Assembly (NCBI GenBank): GCA_001179505.1
Contig: CDMY01001057.1
Location: 124,001 to 188,000, forward strand
Direction: 5' to 3'
From: Vitrella brassicaformis CCMP3155
Taxonomy: Eukaryota > Protista > Chromerida
DNA: 64,000 bases
Both the position numbers and the translations under genes were made by a program. The notes beneath the pieces were generated by a model. The model saw nothing but the letters and a program-made list of their open reading frames with translations, was not told the DNA's origin and did no database searches. Positions 37,406-48,501 of this stretch are shown piece by piece. Positions within the stretch are counted from its first letter, which is position 1; every line of letters starts with the position of its first letter.

Positions 37406-40041
37406 CCTTCTGTTTTGGCATTATGTAAGTGCTCCCTCCCTCCCTGTCTATAGCCCGTACATGTACTTACTTGTATATACGCTGTAAGAGATAGAGAGCG
37501 AATCGAATCGAGAGCAGTCTAGTCAGCCGTGACGGACGGACGGGTGGCTCACTGCCCTGCCCTCTCCCTGTGTGTGTGTGTGTGTGTCTTTTGTACCGAC
37601 ATGTAATCTCGTACGATCGCCCCCGACCTTCATGTGTAGATGTGTGTGTCCCAATCATTAGTGACCCTAGAAAGAGAGAGAGAGAGAGAGCACTCTCCCA
37701 CTGCCATTCGGGCGACTGACAGACCGACCGGTTTTCGATCCTTGCTGCCGCGGATGCATCTATCTAGCTAGCCTTCTTCCCTTCTACTACTACTACTACT
37801 ACTCTACCACTTCCTCTAGTATGTGAATACCCCACACCACATTACCGATGGAATGAGCTGACGACAGTCAGTCACTGTTCCCCTACGCTATGGTCTGCCC
37901 TAGCATAGCATAGCAGCACGAGTGTGTACAGTGGTACTCGTGCGTTGATCGGGCGGGCCGAGCCGAGCCGCTCAGTAGCTCACTGACAGAGCCAACGATA
38001 GATAGACAGACAGATGAGAAGGGTGGCCCGCCACCCATACCCACACCCACACGGCAAGCAGACAGATGCTACATATCTATACGCCACGCCTGCATTGCAT
38101 ACACGTTAGGTACCCACTGGCTGATGTATGGTTCACTTCCATGGATTGACGGATGGATGGATGTGCGTGCTTGCCGGGATTTGACGCACCTTCCCTGACG
38201 GTGCTCTGCGGCGGCAGCTTTCCATTGCTGGTCATCTGCCGCCGTGGTACATACTCAGGGAAGGATCATCAAATCTCCGCCGCGCACACACACAGTCAGA
38301 GAGACAGCGAGACAATCATAGTGGTAGCATGCACTGACCACATCACCCACTCACTTGCTATGCATGCCTGTGCCCATCACATACATACACACACGCACTC
38401 GTCTAGTACGCACCTACGCACCCTCATCTACCCTACTCGCCCTTCTGCGATGATCTGATCATCTTGTGTCTCGTTGAGGTCGCGATCGGCTACGTCAGGC
38501 TGCTCCTTGTCAACAGAACGGCAAGAAGCAAGCTGAAGTAGTTGTGCGCAACATCGAGACACAAGCGATCGGTGGGTGGGAAGGAGGCCTGGGGATACCG
38601 CTTTCTTTCCTCCGCTTGCACCGCCACCACTACATTACTTGCCTAGGGGCTAGCTACGACGTCACTCACACAGAGAAACAGACAGACAGACAGACAGACA
38701 GGTCACACCCGTGGTAATGATACCGGCCGAATTACATCGCCGTACGCCTCTGCACTACTGTACGGGACCATCTATGTCACTTGTACGCTTGTCCGTCGGT
38801 CAGATAACCTCCTTTTCACCTAAGACCTTCCTGGCTGGATGGCCCACTGACTCGCTCACTCAGTCACTCACTTTGCTCGGTCGCTGTTTGTGATGTGCAC
38901 GGGCGCATGCGATTCCCATCTGCCTTTTCTGTCTTGTCTGCCTGCCTTCCTGCCTGCCTGCCTTCCTGCGTGCCTGCCTACCCCGCCCAAGCCAGCGGAT
39001 CCACCCACTGGACGGGGCAGCGCAGCACGGCAGCTGTGAATAGCCTTACTTACCCATTCACTCACTCACTCGCCCACTCACCACTTGTCTGCGCACATGC
39101 GCTTACACACATACACACACACCTTTCATGGTTTTAACCCGTATGGGCGGCAGACAGACAGACAGACAGACCAAGTGTTGATTGATGCCTCGGCTGTTTT
39201 GGTGCGCATGGCAGCAGACATGCAGTAAGGATCGTACGCAGACAGAGAAACCAAACCGTCCATCTGGTTGCTTTGCCGCACTCGTGCATCCTTGATTTTG
39301 CCACACACAATTGGGTGTGCGTGTGCGTGGGTAACAAACACTACGGCTCGTAAAAACACACTGCCTGCACTCGTACGCACGTACGAGCAACAGAGCACCG
39401 AGGCTGTCTCTCTGTCCGTCCGTCTGTCTGCGTGCGGCCGATCCTCTCTCTCCTCTGTGTTTCCCCTGTAGGTCTTTTGCGTTGGCGAATGGCATTCATC
39501 CACTGCAGTACACGAATTGGATTGTATGACGCACACACGTGGCTGTCTAGGTGGCTAGTAGTGGGTGGGTGGACGCGGGTATGGACGGGCATGGTGTGGT
39601 GTGGCTGTGCAGTGGTCTGGATGGCTGGCATGTCTGTCTGTCTGGCTGGCTGTATGGCTGCGCGAATGAGTGGATAAGCGGTAGGAATGAGCCCAAGGGA
39701 CGTCGAATAAGTTGACATGACAGACACGGACAGACCAACGCCAACACATCATATGGATCAACGAACGAGCTGCGAACGACCTTCCCTTCTGATTGCGTTC
39801 GTTGATAAGAATCCGTCAGTCCCTGGTGGTTCATCGATCGCATCGCCCAGCGTCCTAGCTATCATTCATTACGTCATTAAATCATTCAGCCCTAGCTAGC
39901 TACTCATCCACACCAGTGAACGACCGACCGGTACACACGCACATCCACACTCGTCTGTCCGTCCACCCCCGTCTCTCCCCCGACCGAGTGAGTGTTCATC
40001 ATATATACATATCGATGCTTACATACCCCCTACACCCCCCC

Positions 40042-40341
40042 NNNNNNNNNNNNNNNNNNNNNNNNNNNNNNNNNNNNNNNNNNNNNNNNNNNNNNNNNNN
40101 NNNNNNNNNNNNNNNNNNNNNNNNNNNNNNNNNNNNNNNNNNNNNNNNNNNNNNNNNNNNNNNNNNNNNNNNNNNNNNNNNNNNNNNNNNNNNNNNNNNN
40201 NNNNNNNNNNNNNNNNNNNNNNNNNNNNNNNNNNNNNNNNNNNNNNNNNNNNNNNNNNNNNNNNNNNNNNNNNNNNNNNNNNNNNNNNNNNNNNNNNNNN
40301 NNNNNNNNNNNNNNNNNNNNNNNNNNNNNNNNNNNNNNNNN
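40042..40341. other. Assembly gap (300 N) flanked by poly-C
   Basis: Run of N. Confidence 1.
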
Positions 40342-40784
40342 CCCCCCCCCCCTCTACACACCGACGGAAGGAATGCGCCGATACGAAAATGCCGAAAACT
40401 CCATGATTTATGCCATAGGTAGGAAAACTGCAGGGCGGAAAGGCAGCAAGGCAGCAAGGCAGAAAGGCAGCCAACCAATCGGTGACGACTTAAAAACGTA
40501 ACACCACCATGCATGCATCCTTTCGCCCGGTCACTGATTGAGCCCATCCCCCCGGCGGTGATCTCTCTAGGTGCTGAAGGTCAGCATCCATCCATCCATC
40601 CAGCAAACCGTGCATGCAGTCGTCTGGCTAATCAGAGGGAGCGAAGCAGGGGCGAAGGAAAAGCCCCCCTGACTAACTATGCGCCCGCCACTCGCTTCCC
40701 CTTGTCGGCTACCAGTCCAGTGTGTAGTGTGTTGTTTGTTTGGATCTCTCTCTATGTGTGTGTGTGTTGTGTCTGTCTAACTGT

Positions 40785-43700
40785 CTAGGGTTTCTTGAGT
40801 CCGTATTTCTCGGGCTGGAAGATGTCCTTGATGACCGCATCAACCACCTCTTGCAACTGAAACACACACACACACACACAGAGACACCCACACACACACG
40901 GTGGTTGCTGCCTGGAGTATGGTCACTGACTGACAGATTGGCTGACCTCGACGCGCGCCTTGGCGGGGTCCGATGACGACATCTCAGAGTACCACTTGAG
41001 CTTCGGCTCAGTGCCTGACACACATACACACACACACAGACCATTTACCGACACACCACACCCACGGTGTGCATGTGATGTCAACCCACCACCCTCCCAG
41101 TCACCCTCCCTGTCACCTACCGGACGTGCGGGCCGTCAGTGTGGCGCCGTTCTCGAACGTCAGTGTGACCTGACCACACACACAATCACACAGGCAGACA
41201 GCAGACACACACAAGATGCACCCACAGTCTCACCACATCGCCCCCCCCCCTCTCACACCTCTCACACACGCGTACCGTACCATTTGTGAGGTGGCTGTGA
41301 GTGGGAAGGTGCATTTCTTGTCAGGTTTGGTGGAGTCGTATCCGACGGTGACGTCTCGGATGGCGGTGACCTTGAACTTGCCCAGCTGCCACTTGTACTG
41401 GCCGTTGTTGCGGAACTCGTCGAAGATGGCCTTGAAGGTCGGCGGGTCGTAGCACAGGAAATAAGCGTTGTTCGTCACGAAGTAACCGTACCTATACACA
41501 CACACACAGGCAGACAGAGGCGTGTGTGGGGTGTGATGGGTGTGATGGGTGTGAGGAGGAGGGTGGTTCCTTACTTCTTTCGGAGTTCGTCGAGTTTGTC
41601 GTGTACGGTTTTGCCCTGTGCGTAGAGCTCGCATGCCATCTCGACCCACACGCCGGATGCCGACACGCCGTCCTTGTCCGCAACCTTCTCGCTCAGCTGG
41701 TAGCCTGCACCACACACAGCCACACATACACGTGTGTGTGACACAGTGGCGTGTGGTGCGAGGCTGGCGGGGTGGGTGCGGTGCAGGTAAGGAAGGTACC
41801 GAGTGCCTCTTCGTATGCCAGAAGGTGCTCGAATTGCTCCTTGTTGCGGACCTCCATCGACTTGTTGGCCATCCACTTGAAGCCCGTCATCGTGTCCTGC
41901 AGGACATCCAAGATGCAATGCACATGCCGTAATCAGACGAGACGAGCAGCTCGCCTTTTTGTGTGCTTGTGTTGTGTTGGTGCTTCCCTCCCTGACCTCG
42001 AATCGACAGCCCTCAGTCTCGGCGAGTTTCTTGAGCATGCGGGACGACACAGCCGAACAGATGAACAGCATGCTCGCTGACCCGCCGACACACATAGACA
42101 CACACATACACACGTGACAGTCACACCATGGGTACATGGGTGCGCGTGTGTGTGTGTGTGTGTGTGAGGTACATGCGGGAAGTCCCTTCTCCTTGAAGGC
42201 CTGGAACTGGTATGCGCCGAACAGAATGCCCAACTCGTCGCCATGGAAAATGTGCCACTTGCCGCTGACAAAAACGGAACACAAACACGCATCCATCCAT
42301 CCGCTTTTTTGTCGTGTGTGTGTGTGTCTGTGTGTGGCACGCACTCCTTGGTCTTCTCAGCAGCGGCGAATCGGTCGGCGTCCGGGTCGTTGGCGATGAC
42401 CATGGGGGAGCCCTCCTTGTCGGCCAAGGCCATGGCCAAATCCTGCCATCCAGTCACACGCGCACGTGGTCGGTTGGTGGATCGGTCCTTCCTTGTGCTG
42501 ACTGACTGACCAGTGCGCCCTTCTCCTCAGGGTTGGGGAACGACACCTGCGATGCCATGCACACCACACAAGATCACACACACACACGCACTCAGCCACG
42601 CTGGTGGTGGATGTGTCCGTATGTGATGTGTCTGGTGTGTGTGTGTGTGTCGCATGGCATAATCATACGGTGGAGAACTCAGGGTCGGGGTCACGCTGCT
42701 GCGGCACTGGTACCAGTAGATAGATGAGGACACACACATACACACACAGACACGCAGACACACATGACACCACATGGCACGACGTGGGCATGGAAGAGCA
42801 AGGAGGACAGGGGAGCTCAGCTGTGCGTACCGACGATGAGGTTTTTGAATCCGAACTTCTCGACTATCTGACTCACAAACGGGTAACCCACACCTAAACA
42901 CACACACACACGCGTAGGGAGAAATGCATCATCACATGCACGTGCGGTCGCCACCTCACCGTGCATGGCCGTGTAGACGATCTTGAGGTTGCTCTTGGCA
43001 GTGGCCTCGCTGTCAGAGAATGCGAGCACAGCACACAGATGGACGACGGCTGTCATGCTGTCTGTGGTAGTGTGTGTACGTGTGTGTGTGTGGTAACTTA
43101 CGGCTTTCGGGCGAGGTCCTTTGGGATTTCCGTCATGTAGCTGCCCACAGACTCGTCGTACAAGTCGACTATCTTGGAACTGAGAGGCACATGCGAGACA
43201 GACAGATACATACAGCTTGGTCAGTCAGTGTGCATGTTGTGTGTGTGCGGCTGGCTGCGTAGGTACGTGTCTTTGAGGAGTCCGGTGTTAGCGTCGAGTA
43301 GTTGGTCAACGCCCTCCCACTGGTTGAGGTTGGCCATGATGCACTCGGAGATGTGCTCGTCAACCGGAGGGATGATCTGAGGAACATGTATACACACACC
43401 ACACCAGACAGCACCCAGACAGACAGATACTTCCCTTCGTTCCCATGGAGACGTCCCACGCCCCACCACCCAACCCACCTGAGCGCCGTTGTCGCCGTAA
43501 ACCTTGTAGCCTGCAAGGCATGCGACACACACAACACCACCAACACGAAACTGCACAAGTTCTCGTCTGTCAGGGGGTGTGTGTGCGCCGTGTATATATA
43601 GGATACTGTGCCTACCGTTGTCGATTTTGGGGTTGTGCGAGGCGGTGACCATGACGCCGCACGACGCATGGCGGGCCTTGGTGGCGTAAGCCTGAACACC

Positions 43701-44573
43701 ATTCATGTGTTCACGCGAGGGAGTCAGCGAGTGAGGTCACACACGTGGTCGCATGGTATGTTTGCGTCTCGTACGTACGTACGAACCACCATGGGTGTGG
43801 CGACGGTCTTGAGGTAGAGGTACACCTTGAACCCCTTGGACAGAAACACCGCAGCGGTCACGTGGGCATACCTACACACACACACACACACACACATAAG
43901 ACATGGATGCAGAGGCTTGTCTGTCTGTGTATCTGTGTGTCTGTGTGTGCTCACCGCTGTGAGTTGTGCCGTCCGTCGAGTCCGATGACAACGCCGCGCT
44001 CCTTGGCCATGTCGCCCAGAGACTTCAACACATACGTGCAGAGACCCTGACGGAGGGACACACACACCCACACACACGCATCCATGCGCCGAGGCTCCTT
44101 CCTTCACCGCCCGCATGCATGCGTGTAGGCACCTGTGAGGTCTGGAGCACGACCACGTCGTTCATGCGGTTGAAGCCAGCACCCATGTTGCCGCGGAGAC
44201 CAGCCTGAACCAACACATGTTGCACAGACGGCGTGTACCATCCACATGCCATGCAGCAGGGCAGGTGTGGTGAGCCCGGCTGACCGTGCCGAACGCCAGT
44301 CGCTTGCAGAGCCGGTTCTTGAGCTCGTCCATGTCGCCCTTGTCCACTATCGCCTGCACATCACACACATGCGCCGATACGCGCATCTCTCTCCCATCCG
44401 TCTGTCTGTCACGTCACATGCACCCGATTTCGACGCCTTTCGCCCACCTTGAGTTCGTCCTGCGTCTGCTTCCTCTTGTCCATGCCGTACCACTCCTGCA
44501 GGTGGGTGCGGGTGGTCAGATCAGACACCTTCTCGGCGATGGCCGCCACCTCACTCGCGGGCAACAGCGACAT
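40785..44573 (-). CDS. PGM2: Phosphoglucomutase/phosphopentomutase, PGM2-type alpha-D-phosphohexomutase
   Basis: Many exons: RLAFGT-AGLRGNMGAG, VVIGLDGRHNS, VMVTASHNPKIDNGYKVY (phospho-Ser), IVYTAMHG, IANDPDADR (metal-binding loop), FHGDELG, GFKW, AYEEALG, GTEPKLKWYSE, ending EKYGLKKP*. Confidence 0.96.
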
Positions 44574-44679
44574 GGTCTTGTACGTTGATGTACGTAACCA
44601 ACGGACCTAACGAGGGATCGGATCAACCGACGCGCGGGGCTGCTCGCCGAAACTTGAACGGGGCTGAAGGGAGAACACG

Positions 44680-44711
44680 AGGGTTTGGGGCCAGGGTTTA
44701 GGGTCTAGGGT
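44680..44711 (+). repeat. Degenerate telomere-like heptamers (AGGGTTT)n / telo-box
   Basis: agggtttggggccagggtttagggtctagggt: one perfect and two to three degenerate TTTAGGG units. Confidence 0.55.
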
Positions 44712-44896
44712 ACGATCTCTCTATTACCAACTCGTATCCACCCACCACCCACCAGTTCGTCCGCCGTCTTTTCGGGTTAGACGCTGCGGCAAATTTCCGC
44801 GCTGCCTGTGCTGGAGAGCTGCGGTCCGGGGAGGCGCGGTTGCGGAGATATGAGCGGAAATGCGTTTCGCGCGCGGAGCAATCACAACCGCCCGAG

Positions 44897-44968
44897 GTCC
44901 ACATAGCGCAGTGGATGAGGCGTCCAGCGGGGGTACAGAAAGTCGCGGGTTCGAGTCCCTGGCGTGTA
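44897..44968 (+). pseudogene. tRNA-derived pseudogene/SINE-like head (possibly tRNA-Arg-derived), copy 1
   Basis: A box TAGCGCAGTGG (44904-44914) and B box GGTTCGAGTCC (44948-44958). The D-stem pairs (GCGC/GCGT), but the anticodon and acceptor stems do not. GGATGAGGCGTC resembles the eukaryotic tRNA-Arg D-arm exit. Confidence 0.7.
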
Positions 44969-45135
44969 TGTTATGCCCACCACCACCACCCACCAAATCG
45001 TCCGCCGTCTTTTCATGTCAGACGCTGCGGGAGCTTCGCGCGTTGCCTGTGCTGAAGAGCTGCGGTCCGGGGAGGCGCGGGTGCGGAGATCGGAGCGGAA
45101 ATGCGTTTCGCGCGCGGAGGGGAGCGGTTCACCCC

Positions 45136-45195
45136 GCCAGCATAGCGCAGCGGGTGACGTTTAATGAAAGTCTCGGGTTCGAATCGCAGAGCGGT
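45136..45195 (+). pseudogene. tRNA-derived segment, copy 2 (anticodon arm largely deleted)
   Basis: A box TAGCGCAGCGG (45143-45153) and B box GGTTCGAATC (45176-45185), with shortened spacing. Confidence 0.6.
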
Positions 45196-45299
45196 CCTGT
45201 ACATATTGAGCTCGCACAGTCCGCCTCCCTGATACAGCTTTCCAGAACGCCCGCGGGTGCGCGGGCCAAACTCTAGTCTTTCCGAGCGGAGCTGAACGC

Positions 45300-46370
45300 A
45301 TGATTGAGGACGCAAACACGGCATCATTCACGAGGGCACGAGCGGCTGTCTCTGCTCTTCTTTTCGGCTCTGACGTCCCCATCAGTCACCCTTCACAGGT
45401 GAGTGGAGGAGATGGAGCAGCACCACGCCATCATTCACGTACACAATTGTGCACCCCCTGCCTTCAGGTCACTTCTCGCCGGGCTGCTATCTGCACCCAA
45501 CGCACCCATCGCCGCTCCAGGAGATCAACGTCTTCGGCCGAATGGGCGTCATGGTCAAGCGCGACGACAAGCTCCATCCCCACATCCAGGAAGTTCTTCA
45601 GCCTGCACAGAGCTGCCTTTGCTGCGGCCCTGGAACGTGGCGTGGACTTTCGGCCTCTTGCGAATGCTGAATACGCTAAGTAGGGGACGAGAGCGGTCTG
45701 GTGGATAGATAGGTGCTGGTGCATGCGTCCGCGTCTGCATCCGCGTGTGTGTGTTTGTCCGGTGCCTGCCCTCCTGGATGCAGGCATTTTGGTGGAAATG
45801 CCGGCTCGCCACCGTTCCCCGAGACTCTCATGCCGCAGGAGGAAAATGTTCTGTTCATTCCACAGGTACCTCCCATCCACGCACACAACACATCACATAA
45901 CACCACACCACACCCACCACCCCTTTGTGTGTATGTCTGTGCTCCGGAGGGCGCCAGTGGTTTGGCTGAGGAAGGCGTGGCCCCTCTCGCCGAGGAGCTT
46001 CTGACACAGCTAGCTGCCTTCACCACCACCAACGGCAGCAGTAACAGTCGTGTTACCTGGTTGCACTGGGTCGACCGCCCTGTTTGTTTCTCGCCCGCCA
46101 CATCACATGCAGACCAGGAAAGATGCTGACGTGGTGGTGGTGCCTGTGGTGGGCGGGCGACTGGGCGTACATACATGGCCAGGCAGACAGATGACCCGAC
46201 TCGATCTCTCTCTCTGCGATAATCTATGGTCTTTCCCTCGTTGTAGGTCATGACGTCTTCCCCTCGATTGCAGTGCCGTCCACCCCACCCCGCTGTCCGC
46301 CTTCGGCGAGCCCACCCAGGGCAACTATCATCAGCTGTGGCAAGATACAAGGGCCTTGCTGTACTGTAGT
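45300..46370 (+). pseudogene. Degenerate PLP-dependent ACC deaminase/D-cysteine desulfhydrase-like gene (frameshifted, internally deleted)
   Basis: SPLQEINVFGRMGVMVKRDDKLHPHI is in one frame and RKFFSLH...AAALERGVDFRPL in another, with the switch at ~45587. A later exon reads VLFIPQ-GASGLAEEGVAPLAEEL. The expected SGNK PLP-lysine motif is absent. Confidence 0.65.
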
Positions 46371-46809
46371 GTAGAACGGTTGTCGATAGGTCTGCCTGCC
46401 TGCCTGCCTGCCTGCCTGCATGTGTGTGGATGGATGGATGGCTTGACGGATGGATGGAATGTGTACATCTGTCCCATTCAGTCCTTTTTGTGTCATGGGC
46501 ATGCATTATGCAACGTGCCATGCATCATAAACTGTTATCAACCAAAACAGACAAAACGTCACGCAACCGACAACGAAAACGCACGCAGCAGAAAACCAGA
46601 AAGGATCCACCAGCATGTATCCATGTATCCAGCACACAAACACTACAGCACCATATCGGCCAGGGGATTCGCGACGATGGGTGGATGGATGGGATGGAGG
46701 GAAGAGTGGCTGTAGCTGTGCGTGAGAATAGCGAGGTCTCAGTAGTGGTGCGGGTGGAGTAGGTGGATGGGGGCAGAGGAAAACGGCCAGCCCCCCCCCC
46801 CCCCCCCCC

Positions 46810-47109
46810 NNNNNNNNNNNNNNNNNNNNNNNNNNNNNNNNNNNNNNNNNNNNNNNNNNNNNNNNNNNNNNNNNNNNNNNNNNNNNNNNNNNNNNNNNNN
46901 NNNNNNNNNNNNNNNNNNNNNNNNNNNNNNNNNNNNNNNNNNNNNNNNNNNNNNNNNNNNNNNNNNNNNNNNNNNNNNNNNNNNNNNNNNNNNNNNNNNN
47001 NNNNNNNNNNNNNNNNNNNNNNNNNNNNNNNNNNNNNNNNNNNNNNNNNNNNNNNNNNNNNNNNNNNNNNNNNNNNNNNNNNNNNNNNNNNNNNNNNNNN
47101 NNNNNNNNN
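46810..47109. other. Assembly gap (300 N) flanked by poly-C
   Basis: Run of N. Confidence 1.
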
Positions 47110-47453
47110 CCCCCCCCCCCCCCCCCCCCCCAACACGCGGCAAACACGCGAGTCAAGCAGACAGACAGTCGGGTGCCAGAAACAGCCTACCACCACCACC
47201 ACACGCAGACCATACACACACAGACACGCCAGCGATAACATACATACAGCCAACCAGGGCACAAACGATGAAGCGCTACACGAAGCGGCCACGCACACAC
47301 ACCCCTTCAGAAAATACCCATCGTCACCACGCCGCAAAAGAAACGAACGACGAGAAACACAAAACAGAATCGACGGATGACAAGAGCGACAGCGCCGACC
47401 AGCCGACACATCCCCATGATCTTGCAGTTGTGGCCACCCACAGACATGGAGGT

Positions 47454-47682
47454 GTCGGGATATAAGGTCCCGCCCCCACGCAGTGAGCGCCACACACTGC
47501 CAGTGCTCATGGAGAGGCCAGCCAGACAGTGATTCATAAGGACAATACAGACACACGATTGACGAACGATAAAGCGACACGCGACTGACAAAGAAAAGTG
47601 GTGTTGGTGGCTGGCCGGCACGTGCCCACGTTCACGCGGCGACCAGACACACGCGGGGGGTCGGGATATAAGGTCCCGCCCC
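47454..47682 (+). repeat. Direct repeat of a 23-bp motif GTCGGGATATAAGGTCCCGCCCC (47454-47476, 47660-47682)
   Basis: Exact 23-nt match 206 bp apart, with weaker similarity in the flanks (cagaca upstream, ccacacac downstream). Confidence 0.85.
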
Positions 47683-48501
47683 ACGTGGTCCAGCCACACA
47701 CGCGCCCGTGGGGAGGCCACCCAGCCACCCGTCAACCAATCGACAAAAAGAAGACTGCCTGCAGCCCTTCCTTCCATGAGCTCCCGACCTCCAATAAATG
47801 ATGCCCAGGCGGACGATGAGTTCCCCTCCCACGCGACACGACACACAAATGGAACAAGGACGGCGGTGCACACAGACGACAAATGCAACAACCCCCTCAA
47901 CGGCCACACACATTGATGACCACACACACACAGACACACACAGAGACACACACAGAGACAGTCAGACGAAAAGGGCACTACTGTAAATGCCCTCAGACAC
48001 ACGCTGCGATGGGCTTCTCTAAATCAAAACTAAACAAACAACCACACACACAGAAAGGGACAGACCCCTCCCCCTGCAGTCCACCCGCACACACCACTGA
48101 CTGGCAGTTGATGCACCTGATCAATCCATCCATCCATCCATCGGTGGTGGCTCTCTCCCTCATGGCGGCTAGTGTGCGTGTGTGTGTGTGTATGTGTGTT
48201 TGCATATATATATGTGTGTCTTTGAAAAAACAGCAGCAGCACAGCACAGGGGTAAATCGATCGACAAAGAAAACCACACACCACAGAAACGGCACACACA
48301 GCACAGCACGCCGATGAACCACAAAGAAAACCCACACAGACACACACACAGCACCACAAACTCGACAAATCGAAAAACAAAGCGCTAGTCAGCAGACAGA
48401 CAGACAGACAGGTCTACGACGGACGGACGTACGAATATCATCACCATCTACCCTGAGCCCGCGCGTCCCCTTATCCCCCCTGTGTACGGCCGGCCATGGG
48501 C

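Larger units (their letters stand above)
44740..45200 (+). repeat. Tandem duplication, ~241-bp period, each unit ending in a tRNA-derived segment
   Basis: ccgccgtctttt at 44761 and 45002. Identical blocks agagctgcggtccggggaggcgcgg and gagcggaaatgcgtttcgcgcgcggag occur in both copies, and A/B boxes follow in both. Confidence 0.9.

Noticed and set aside
36578-40784. ORFs or ncRNA in the long region between the RRM gene and PGM2
   Set aside because: Dominated by simple repeats (GA, CA, GACA, CTA, GCCT); I recognised no coding or structured-RNA signature.
44600-44800. Telomerase RNA template on the minus strand (CCCUAAACCCU) driven by the divergent tRNA-like boxes
   Set aside because: Attractive by analogy to trypanosome tRNA-driven snRNA promoters. 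However, I see no Pol III terminator before the PGM2 ATG and no template-boundary or pseudoknot structure, and the repeats are degenerate. A promoter motif or scar is simpler.
44897-44968. Functional tRNA gene
   Set aside because: Only the D-stem and part of the T-arm pair. The anticodon and acceptor stems do not, so no anticodon can be assigned; kept as tRNA-derived.
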